Assembly: GCA_036384015.1 (NCBI GenBank) | Contig: DASVNF010000232.1 | Location: 1-48,495, forward strand | Origin: Burkholderiales bacterium | Lineage (GTDB): Bacteria; Pseudomonadota; Gammaproteobacteria; Burkholderiales; JACQAP01 | Direction of reading: 5' to 3' | DNA: 48,495 nt | In this document: positions 41,016 through 48,495 of the stretch, in pieces | Layout: every line of letters begins with the position of its first letter | How positions within the stretch are numbered: the first letter of the stretch is position 1 | Notes under the pieces: generated by a model | Database searches by the model: none | The model's input: only the letters and a program-made list of their open reading frames with translations | What the model was told of the DNA's origin: nothing | Program-made: the position numbers and the translations under genes

Positions 41016-42134
41016 CTACAACAGTACCAAGTTATCCCGGTGGATGAGCTCGGGCTCGTCGATGTAGCCCAGCCGCGCTTCGATTTCCTGGCTGGGTGAC
41101 TTGAGGATTTTTGCGGTTTCCACGGCGCTGTAGTTGACCAGGCCGCGCGCGATTTCCCGGCCCTGCGGATCGAGGCAGCTCACCACCTCGCCGCGCTCGA
41201 ACTGGCCGCCCAGTTCGTAGACGCCGATCGGCAGCAGGCTCTTGCCGTCGACTTTCAGCGCCTTCACGGCACCCTCGTCCAGGCTCAATTTCCCACGCAC
41301 CTGCAAATGGTCCGCAAGCCATTGCTTGCGGGCGGCGAGGGTCATGGTTTCGGCCAGGAGCTGCGTGCCTATCGGCTCACCCTGCGCCAGCCGCAGCAGC
41401 ACGTCCGGCTCGCGTCCCGAAGCGATGATGGTCGCCGCGCCGCTGCGTGCGGCCCGCTTGGCGGCCAGGATCTTGGTGAGCATTCCGCCGCTGCCGACAT
41501 GGCTGCCGACGCCGCCGGCCATTTTTTCCAGCGCCGGGTCGCCGGCTTTGCCCTCATGAACGAATTCCGCGTCCTGATGGCGCCTCGGGTCCCGTGTATA
41601 GAGACCCGGCTGGTCGGTGAGGATGACCAGGGCGTCGGCCTCGATCAGATTGGTAACCAGCGCTGCGAGCGTATCGTTGTCGCCGAAGCGGATCTCGTCG
41701 GTGGCGACGGTATCGTTTTCGTTGATGATCGGGACCACATTGAGTTCCAGCAGCGTGCGCAGCGTGGAACGGGCGTTGAGGTAGCGCTTGCGGTCGGACA
41801 GGTCCTCATGGGTCAGCAGGATCTGTGCCGTATGCAGGCCATGTCTGCGGAAGCAGGATTCGTAGGCTTCCACCAGGCCCATCTGCCCAACGGCCGCGGC
41901 GGCCTGGAGTTCGTGCAGCGCATTCGGGCGCCGTTTCCAGCCGAGGCGCTGCATGCCTTCGGCTACGGCGCCGCTCGAAACCAGCACGACCTGTTTCTTG
42001 CGATGCTTGAGTTCGGCGATCTGTTCCGCCCAGCGGGCGAGCGCCTGGTGGTCGAGTCCCTGGCCGGCGTTGGTGACCAGGCTGCTGCCGACCTTGACGA
42101 CAAGGCGGCTAGCGGAGGCGGCGACGGAGTCCAT
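41016..42134 (-). CDS. proB: Glutamate 5-kinase
   Basis: 372 aa. [30 protein letters not shown] and a C-terminal PUA domain. Confidence 0.92.
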   Translation of the reverse strand: MDSVAASASRLVVKVGSSLVTNAGQGLDHQALARWAEQIAELKHRKKQVVLVSSGAVAEGMQRLGWKRRPNALHELQAAAAVGQMGLVEAYESCFRRHGLHTAQILLTHEDLSDRKRYLNARSTLRTLLELNVVPIINENDTVATDEIRFGDNDTLAALVTNLIEADALVILTDQPGLYTRDPRRHQDAEFVHEGKAGDPALEKMAGGVGSHVGSGGMLTKILAAKRAARSGAATIIASGREPDVLLRLAQGEPIGTQLLAETMTLAARKQWLADHLQVRGKLSLDEGAVKALKVDGKSLLPIGVYELGGQFERGEVVSCLDPQGREIARGLVNYSAVETAKILKSPSQEIEARLGYIDEPELIHRDNLVLL

Positions 42135-42142
42135 GTGTCAGG

Positions 42143-43210
42143 TCAGGCTTTTTCTTCGTGTTCCGTGGTTTCCGCGTCTTCGGCGCGGGCGTTGGCCTGC
42201 AGGTAGTCCATGATCGCGAACACCAGCGCGCGCGTGCCTTCGCCGGTGAGCGCCGAGATGGTAAATGTCTTCTCCGGTTCGCCGACGGCCTTGCGATAGC
42301 CGGACAGGAATGCATCGATCCTGGCGGCGCGGTCCTCCTCGTCTGCGAGGTCGACCTTGTTGAGGATCAGCCAGCGCTGCTTATGATAGAGCGCCTCATC
42401 GTACTTGCGCAGTTCTTCGATTATCGCCGCGGCATCGTGCACGGGGTCCGCCGACTCGTCCAGCGGAACGATGTCCACCAGGTGCAGGAGCACGCGCGTG
42501 CGCTGCAGGTGGCGCAGGAACTGGTGCCCCAGTCCGGCGCCTTCGGCCGCGCCTTCGATCAGCCCCGGGATGTCGGCAACCACGAAGCTGCGGCCTTCGT
42601 CCACCCGCACCACCCCCAGGTTGGGGTGGAGGGTGGTGAAGGGATAGTCCGCGACTTTCGGCCGGGCGGCGGAAACGGAGCGGATGAAAGTCGATTTGCC
42701 GGCATTCGGCATGCCCAGCAGGCCCACGTCGGCGAGCACTTTCAATTCGAGCTGCAGATTGCGGCTTTCGCCCGGCGTGCCCGGCGTGAATTGGCGCGGG
42801 GCGCGGTTGGTGCTGGACTTGAAGTGGATGTTGCCAAGGCCGCCCTGTCCTCCCTTCGCAATCGTCGCCGTCTGCCCGTCGCGGGACAGGTCGGCGATGA
42901 CTTCTCCGGTATCCAGGTCGCTGATGGTGGTGCCCACGGGGACGCTTAGCGTTATGTCATCGGCGGCGGCACCGTAGCAATCCGAGCCCCGGCCCTTTTC
43001 GCCGTTGCGGGCGCGGTGGATGCGCTTGAAGCGGTATTCGACTAGGGTGTTGATGTTGCGGTCCGCGACGGCATGGATGCTGCCCCCCCGGCCGCCGTCG
43101 CCGCCGTCGGGTCCGCCGCGCGGGACGAATTTCTCGCGCCTGAACGAGGCGATGCCGTCCCCGCCTTTGCCGGCGTGGACCTCAATCCTGACTTCGTCGA
43201 TGAATTTCAT
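42143..43210 (-). CDS. obgE: GTPase ObgE/CgtA
   Basis: [28 protein letters not shown], a glycine-rich Obg fold, and G motifs [17 protein letters not shown] and NKVD. Confidence 0.95.
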   Translation of the reverse strand: MKFIDEVRIEVHAGKGGDGIASFRREKFVPRGGPDGGDGGRGGSIHAVADRNINTLVEYRFKRIHRARNGEKGRGSDCYGAAADDITLSVPVGTTISDLDTGEVIADLSRDGQTATIAKGGQGGLGNIHFKSSTNRAPRQFTPGTPGESRNLQLELKVLADVGLLGMPNAGKSTFIRSVSAARPKVADYPFTTLHPNLGVVRVDEGRSFVVADIPGLIEGAAEGAGLGHQFLRHLQRTRVLLHLVDIVPLDESADPVHDAAAIIEELRKYDEALYHKQRWLILNKVDLADEEDRAARIDAFLSGYRKAVGEPEKTFTISALTGEGTRALVFAIMDYLQANARAEDAETTEHEEKA

Positions 43211-43260
43211 TTGAGGATCAGTTTAGCCACATGAACGCTGCGCCCTCTGTGGCCAGGCGG

Positions 43261-43292
43261 AAACAAAAAAGCCCTACCGGTTCCGATAGGGC
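43261..43292 (-). terminator. Intrinsic terminator/attenuator between rpmA and obgE
   Basis: The reverse strand reads AGCCCTA-TCGGAACCG-TAGGGCT followed by TTTTTTGTTT. Confidence 0.65.
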
Positions 43293-43313
43293 TTCTGCTT
43301 GAAGCGGGAAACC

Positions 43314-43571
43314 TTACACCGGCACGACGCTGACCATTTTCTTCTTTGCCGGACCCTTTACCGAGAAGTTCACCGTGCCGTCCACTTTCGCGAACAGGGT
43401 GTGATCCTTGCCGATGCCGACATTGGTGCCGGGATGAACCTGGGTGCCGCGCTGGCGCACGATGATGCTGCCCGCCGAAATCACCTGCCCGCCGTAGCGC
43501 TTGACGCCGAGGCGTTTGGCATTGGAATCGCGGCCATTGCGCGAGCTGCCGCCTGCTTTTTTATGTGCCAT
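43314..43571 (-). CDS. rpmA: 50S ribosomal protein L27
   Basis: [29 protein letters not shown]... is unmistakable. Confidence 0.97.
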   Translation of the reverse strand: MAHKKAGGSSRNGRDSNAKRLGVKRYGGQVISAGSIIVRQRGTQVHPGTNVGIGKDHTLFAKVDGTVNFSVKGPAKKKMVSVVPV

Positions 43572-43582
43572 GAGTGTGCTCC

Positions 43583-43894
43583 TTAAGCCGAGATCGAGCC
43601 GATCTGGATCTCGGTGTAGTTCTGCCGGTGGCCGCCGTGTTTCTGGTAGTGCTTGCGGCGGCGCATCTTGAAGATGGTGACCTTGTCATGGCGGCCATGT
43701 GCCACGACCGTTGCCTGTACCTTGGCGCCGGCCACCAGGGGAGCCCCGACCGAGACCTTGTCGCCATCGGCGACGAGGAGCACCTGGTCCAGGGTGATCT
43801 GGCTGCCCACGTCTGCAGGTATCTGTTCTACTTTGATTTTTTCGCCAGAAGCAACGCGATACTGCTTGCCGCCGGTTTTTATGACCGCATACAT
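43583..43894 (-). CDS. rplU: 50S ribosomal protein L21
   Basis: [25 protein letters not shown]...[10 protein letters not shown]. Confidence 0.97.
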   Translation of the reverse strand: MYAVIKTGGKQYRVASGEKIKVEQIPADVGSQITLDQVLLVADGDKVSVGAPLVAGAKVQATVVAHGRHDKVTIFKMRRRKHYQKHGGHRQNYTEIQIGSISA

Positions 43895-43930
43895 GATGAA
43901 ACCCTCGATACGCTTTTGAGGAAGCCGGGC

Positions 43931-43959
43931 ATACTACAAAAAAAGAAGGGCTTAGTAAA
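43931..43959 (-). promoter_or_regulatory. Candidate sigma70 promoter for rplU-rpmA
   Basis: The reverse strand reads TTTACT, a 17-nt spacer (T-rich), then TAGTAT, about 35 nt upstream of the rplU ATG. Confidence 0.35.
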
Positions 43960-44052
43960 GCCGGAAGGAGGAGGGGAGCCGGCACGGACGAGCGGTGCGA
44001 CAATGCAAGTCATACCGGGCATCCGGCTGAACGCCCCGGCCGGATCGGATTC

Positions 44053-44082
44053 TTGACACCCCGGTGGCCGGGTTTCTACCAT
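44053..44082 (+). promoter_or_regulatory. Candidate sigma70 promoter for ispB
   Basis: TTGACA (44053-44058), an 18-nt spacer, then TACCAT (44077-44082), 37 nt upstream of the proposed GTG start. Confidence 0.4.
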
Positions 44083-44118
44083 CGCGCACTTTTGCCCGGC
44101 ATTTCCCAGGTTTCCGCC

Positions 44119-45087
44119 GTGATTCCAGACCTTCTCAGAAACCTGATCGCCAGCGACATGACCGCGGTCGACGGCGTCATCCGGGACCGCCTGCATTCCG
44201 AAGTCATGCTGGTCCGCCGGGTCGCCGAGTACATCATCGGCGGCGGCGGCAAGCGCCTGCGGCCGGCCCTCGTGATTCTGTCCGCCGGGGCCTGCGGCTA
44301 CAAGGGCAGCCATCACCACGCGCTCGCCGCGGTTGTCGAATTCATCCATACGGCCACCCTGCTGCACGACGACGTGGTGGACGATTCCGGCATGCGCCGC
44401 GGCCGCGCCACCGCCAATTCCGCATTCGGCAACGCGGCGGCAGTTCTCGTCGGCGATTTCCTCTATTCGCGCGCCTTCCAGATGATGGTCGAAGTTCAGA
44501 ACATGCGCGTGATGGAAGTGCTTGCGCAGGCCACGAATACGATAGCCGAAGGCGAGGTGATGCAGTTGCTGCACGTCCACAACGCGGACGTGGACGAGCA
44601 GGCCTACCTGCGCGTGATCCGCTCCAAGACCGCCAAACTGTTCGAGGCCGCGGGACGGCTGGGCGCCATCGTTTCCGGGGGACCCCGCGAGCACGAGGAT
44701 GCGCTGGCCGAATACGGCATGCAGCTCGGAACGGCGTTCCAGCTGGTCGACGACATCCTCGACTATTCGGGCGACCTGGTGAACACGGGCAAGAACCTTG
44801 GCGACGATCTCGCGGAAGGCAAAGCCACGCTTCCGCTCATATATGCCATGCACAAGGGCAGCCGGGAGCAGGGCGCGCTGATCCGCAAGGCCATCACGGA
44901 AGGCGGTTTGGGCGACTTCGGGCCGGTGATGGCAACAATCAAGCAAACCGGGGCGCTGGACTACGTGCGCGCCCAGGCGCAGGCCGCCGCCGACCGCGCC
45001 CGCGAGGTCCTGAAGGTGTTGCCGAATTCAAAATACAGGGATTGTTTGTTAGAATTGGCGGCCTTTGCGGTGACCCGCAATTATTGA
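44119..45087 (+). CDS. ispB: Octaprenyl-diphosphate synthase
   Basis: ORF 44053..45087 trimmed to the GTG at 44119 (VIPDLLRNLIASDMTAVDGVIRDRL...), giving 322 aa. The two polyprenyl synthase Asp-rich motifs are LLHDDVVDD and DDILD. Confidence 0.88.
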   Translation: MIPDLLRNLIASDMTAVDGVIRDRLHSEVMLVRRVAEYIIGGGGKRLRPALVILSAGACGYKGSHHHALAAVVEFIHTATLLHDDVVDDSGMRRGRATANSAFGNAAAVLVGDFLYSRAFQMMVEVQNMRVMEVLAQATNTIAEGEVMQLLHVHNADVDEQAYLRVIRSKTAKLFEAAGRLGAIVSGGPREHEDALAEYGMQLGTAFQLVDDILDYSGDLVNTGKNLGDDLAEGKATLPLIYAMHKGSREQGALIRKAITEGGLGDFGPVMATIKQTGALDYVRAQAQAAADRAREVLKVLPNSKYRDCLLELAAFAVTRNY

Positions 45088-45102
45088 AGTGCCACTCACC
45101 GT

Positions 45103-45179
<77 letters not shown>

Positions 45180-45229
45180 ACAATTCATTCGGCCGCCTGC
45201 TAGGCGCCCGACCTAACGCCGGAGCCCGC

Positions 45230-45484
45230 GTGGCCAAGCTGCTCCTCGTAGTCGCAGTCTTCACAGTGGTCTACCTGATCCTCCGCAGCTACAAGAGGAA
45301 AATCGACAAGGCGCCGCCACCGGGCCAGCCGAAGCATGGCGATTCGAAGCACGGCGAGGACATGGTGCGCTGCCGGGTATGCGGCATCCATTTGCCGAAG
45401 AGCGAGGCGATCACGTCGCGCGGCGAGATATTCTGCACCCGCGAGCACCTGCAGCTCGCCGACCGGGAAAGCGACGGTCGCTGA
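45230..45484 (+). CDS. PP0621 family small membrane / zinc-ribbon protein
   Basis: 84 aa with a GTG start. It has an N-terminal TM helix and a C-terminal CRVCGIHLPKSEA...FCTREH motif. It sits in the usual position upstream of pilS-pilR. Confidence 0.6.
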   Translation: MAKLLLVVAVFTVVYLILRSYKRKIDKAPPPGQPKHGDSKHGEDMVRCRVCGIHLPKSEAITSRGEIFCTREHLQLADRESDGR

Positions 45485-45505
45485 CCTCGGGCGAGGCGGG
45501 CACCG

Positions 45506-47140
45506 ATGAGCAGCGTTCTCTCCCTCGATGCACCCGCCCTCGAGCGCCGCCAGTACGGTGACGCCTTCTGGCGTTCCCTTTTCTATTTCAATCTCTATCG
45601 GCTTGGCGCGGCACTGATCCTGTTCATCGCCGTGACGGTGCTCGGCGAGGACATTCCCTTCGGTTCCTACAACCGCGCGCTGTTCCTGTACACGTCCATA
45701 GGCTACATCGCGTTCAGCCTGCTCTGTTTCGCGGCCATCATTCCGCGCAGACCGCATTTCGCGCTGCAACTCACGGTACAGATCTGCGCCGACATCCTGT
45801 TCATCGTGGTCATGATGTATGCGAGCGGCGGCATCGGCAGCGGACTGGGCACGCTGCTGTTGATTTCGCTGGCGGCGGTGGGACTGATCAGCCGCGGCCG
45901 GCTCACCCTGTTCTTCGCCGCGCTGGCGACGCTGGCGGTGCTGGTCGAGCACACCTATCAGGTGTTGTTCCTTTACAGCTCGACCGCCCAGTACGCCCAG
46001 GCGGGCATGCTCAGCATCGGGTTTTTCGCCACGGGCTGGCTGGCCCATTCGCTTGCCAAGCGGGCGGTCGCAATCGAGGCGATTGTCGCCCAGCGCGAAG
46101 TGGATCTGGCCAACATGGCGCAGGTGAACCAGCTGGTGATCCAGGACATGCAGGACGGCGTGCTGGTCGTCGACGAGAGCGGAGTGATCCGCCAGATCAA
46201 TTCCCGGGCCGAGGCCATCTTCGGGCCGGTTCCGCGCAGCAGTCGTGATGTGTTCCTGAAGGACTATGCGCCGACGCTCGCGGCGCGCATGGACCAGTGG
46301 CTCGAGGATCCCAAATCCGCCTTCGACCCGTTGCGCACCATGCTCACCCACAAGCCGACCGCAGCCCGGTTCGTGCCCGTCGGCAAGACCCGTAATGTCG
46401 GCGTCGTCATTTTCCTGGAAGACCTCACCCGCATCCAGCAACAGGCGCAACAGCTTAAGCTGGCTTCGCTGGGCAGGCTGACCGCCAACATCGCGCACGA
46501 GATCCGCAATCCGTTGTCGGCCATCAACCACGCCACGGAACTGCTGCTGGAGGAAACGGCGATGCGCACGCCCTCCCAGGCGCGGATGCTCCAGATCATC
46601 CACGACAACAGCCAGCGGCTGGACCGGATGGTCCAGGACGTGCTGAAGCTGAACCGGCGCGATCAGGCGCTGCGCGAGCACTTCAACCTGGTCGATTACC
46701 TGCGTAACTTCGCCATGGAGTTCTGCGAGATCGAGAAAGTGCCGGCGGAGATCATCCGGGTCGAGGTGGACACGGGCGCGACGGGCAAGCCCGACCCCGT
46801 CGTCAGTTTCGACCGCAGCCACCTCAACCAGGTGATGTGGAACCTGTGCCGGAATGCGCTGCGCTATTGTCAAAAGAAGGCCGGCAGCATATCCCTGAAC
46901 GTGCGGACCGGTCCGCGGAAGGGTACGATAGAGCTGAGTGTGCGCGATGACGGCAGCGGCATCGCAGAATCGCTGCGCGGCCATCTGTTCGAGCCGTTCT
47001 TCACCACCGCTTCGAGCGGCACCGGCCTCGGACTTTATATTGCCAGGGAAATCTGCGAAGCGAACGGCGCGACCCTCGACTACGTGGAGCGACCGGTCGG
47101 GGCGCAGTTCAGTCTGATCTGCAGAGGAGCGTCGACGTGA
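45506..47140 (+). CDS. pilS: Sensor histidine kinase, PilS-like
   Basis: 544 aa. It has about 6 N-terminal TM helices and a PAS-like segment. The H-box is LTANIAHEIRNPLSAI, with N, G1 and G2 boxes (NLCRNALRY, DDGSGI, GTGLGL). Confidence 0.8.
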   Translation: MSSVLSLDAPALERRQYGDAFWRSLFYFNLYRLGAALILFIAVTVLGEDIPFGSYNRALFLYTSIGYIAFSLLCFAAIIPRRPHFALQLTVQICADILFIVVMMYASGGIGSGLGTLLLISLAAVGLISRGRLTLFFAALATLAVLVEHTYQVLFLYSSTAQYAQAGMLSIGFFATGWLAHSLAKRAVAIEAIVAQREVDLANMAQVNQLVIQDMQDGVLVVDESGVIRQINSRAEAIFGPVPRSSRDVFLKDYAPTLAARMDQWLEDPKSAFDPLRTMLTHKPTAARFVPVGKTRNVGVVIFLEDLTRIQQQAQQLKLASLGRLTANIAHEIRNPLSAINHATELLLEETAMRTPSQARMLQIIHDNSQRLDRMVQDVLKLNRRDQALREHFNLVDYLRNFAMEFCEIEKVPAEIIRVEVDTGATGKPDPVVSFDRSHLNQVMWNLCRNALRYCQKKAGSISLNVRTGPRKGTIELSVRDDGSGIAESLRGHLFEPFFTTASSGTGLGLYIAREICEANGATLDYVERPVGAQFSLICRGAST

Positions 47141-48495
47141 AACGCAAGGACCAGGCAACGGGAGCCACTTCCCGGTCGGTACTCATAGTTGACGACGAGG
47201 AGGACATCCTCGAACTCATTGAACTCACCCTGTTGCGCATGGGGCTCGACGTCGAGCGCGCCACCACGGTCAAGGGGGCGATCGAAAAAGTCCAGGCGGG
47301 CGGCTATGACCTTTGCCTGACCGACATGCGCCTGCCCGATGGCGAGGGGCTCGAGCTGGTCCAGTTCATTTCCGACAACGTGTCGGACCTGCCCGTTGCG
47401 GTGATCACGGCCCATGGCAACACCGAGAATGCGGTTGCGGCGCTGAAGGCCGGCGCGTTCGACTATCTTGCCAAGCCGGTATCCCTGGAACAGCTGCGCA
47501 CGCTCGTCAAGTCGGCGCTGTCGCTGCCGCAACCCTCGGCAACCTCGAAGTCGTCGAACGAACAGACGCTGCTGGGCGAATCCGGCGCCATCCAGCAGGT
47601 GCGCGAGCTGATCGAGAAGCTGGCGCGCAGCGAGGCGCCGGTGCACATCACCGGAGAATCGGGCAGCGGCAAGGAACTCGCTGCCCGGCTGCTCCACCAG
47701 AAGGGCGCCCGGCGCGGCCAGCCTTTCATCCCCGTCAACTGCGGCGCCATCCCCGAAAACCTGATGGAGTCGGAGTTTTTCGGCTACAAGAAGGGCGCTT
47801 TTACCGGTGCCGATACCGAGCGCGACGGATTCTTCCAGGCCGCGAGCGGCGGCACGCTGTTCCTGGACGAAGTGGCCGACCTGCCGCTCGCCATGCAGGT
47901 CAAGCTGCTGCGCGCGATCCAGGAGAAAAAGGTCCGCAAAGTGGGTTCGACCCAGGAGGATCCGGTCGATGTGCGCCTCATCAGCGCCACCCACCAGAAG
48001 CTGGGCGAATGCGTGGAAGCGGGCAAGTTCCGCCATGACCTCTATTACCGCCTCAACGTGATCGAATTGCGCATGCCGGCGTTGCGCGAGATGCGGGAGG
48101 ACGTTCCCCAGTTCGTCAATGCGCTCCTGGACAAGCTGGCGCGAACCGGCGGGGGGAGGAAGCCCGAGGTGAGCGCCGAGGCGCTGGAAGAACTGAGCCG
48201 CTACGATTTCCCCGGCAACGTGCGCGAACTGGAGAACGTGCTGGAACGGGCAATGGCTTTGTGCAGCGACGGCAAGATCACCGCCGACGACCTGCAGCTC
48301 ACGCCGCAGGACTTGCCCGAACAGGCCACCGCCGCCGGCAACGACAGCAAGGCGCCGCTGCAGGACTATCTGGACCGGATCGAGAAGGAAGCCATCCTGG
48401 AAGCCCTGGAAAAGACCCGCTTCAACCGCACCGCCGCAGCCAAGCTGCTTGGCATTACTTTCCGCTCGATGCGCTACCGCATGGAGCGCCTGGGT
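47137..48495 (+). CDS. pilR: Sigma54-dependent response regulator, PilR-like (3' end cut by window)
   Basis: Not in the ORF track because there is no stop in the window. The GTG at 47137 forms a GTGA overlap with the pilS stop. It has a receiver domain (VLIVDDEEDI...TDMRLPDG) and a sigma54 AAA+ domain (GESGSGKE, GAFTGA, ESEFFGY). A Fis-type HTH (AAKLLGITFRSMRYRMERLG) lies at the window edge. Confidence 0.88.
   Translation, partial: MKRKDQATGATSRSVLIVDDEEDILELIELTLLRMGLDVERATTVKGAIEKVQAGGYDLCLTDMRLPDGEGLELVQFISDNVSDLPVAVITAHGNTENAVAALKAGAFDYLAKPVSLEQLRTLVKSALSLPQPSATSKSSNEQTLLGESGAIQQVRELIEKLARSEAPVHITGESGSGKELAARLLHQKGARRGQPFIPVNCGAIPENLMESEFFGYKKGAFTGADTERDGFFQAASGGTLFLDEVADLPLAMQVKLLRAIQEKKVRKVGSTQEDPVDVRLISATHQKLGECVEAGKFRHDLYYRLNVIELRMPALREMREDVPQFVNALLDKLARTGGGRKPEVSAEALEELSRYDFPGNVRELENVLERAMALCSDGKITADDLQLTPQDLPEQATAAGNDSKAPLQDYLDRIEKEAILEALEKTRFNRTAAAKLLGITFRSMRYRMERLG

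Overview
High-GC chromosomal segment whose gene content looks betaproteobacterial (DUF3563, CNP1-like, PP0621-pilS-pilR, and ispB divergent from rplU-rpmA-obgE-proB). I call 49 CDS, two of them cut by the window edges and one a 40-aa gene below the ORF-track cutoff. I also call one tRNA-Pro(CGG), three intrinsic terminators and a few promoter or operator candidates. Main modules, left to right:
- 1-6834: a translationally coupled RDD / SpoIIM-like / DUF4129 / DUF4350 / MoxR / DUF58 membrane-system operon of unknown function.
- 6984-10727: two-gene ergothioneine synthesis (egtD-egtB) followed by two tandem msrB genes, one with a Tat-type signal.
- 10892-21316: assorted oxidoreductases, including two paralogous SDRs, RraA-like, OsmC plus hydrolase, an FAD monooxygenase, ADH and Ldh_2.
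- 22787-29594: a split, divergent form-II cox-like molybdoenzyme cluster (coxL-coxE-coxG opposite coxS-coxM-coxD).
- 29833-34182: an FAD-oxidoreductase / PaaK-type ligase / DpgC-like crotonase-fold dioxygenase operon, plus a 40-aa membrane peptide gene.
- 36514-39104: a rubrerythrin / CCG-domain Fe-S protein / DUF3501 cluster with a clean sigma70 promoter and an overlapping palindrome.
- 39186 to the end: housekeeping genes (cfa, proB, obgE, rpmA, rplU, ispB, tRNA-Pro, pilSR).

The most unusual signal is non-coding. At least ten copies of a hairpin-repeat family fill intergenic gaps, including gaps inside operons. Each arm is about three tandem purine-rich 8-10-mers with a GYRRAGG-type core. 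The central cores are unrelated between copies. The two arms of a copy match each other better than they match other copies. I cannot assign this family to a named repeat class from memory. No transposase, integrase, CRISPR array or recognisable defence genes were seen. All product calls come from reading the translated ORFs by eye; no searches were run.
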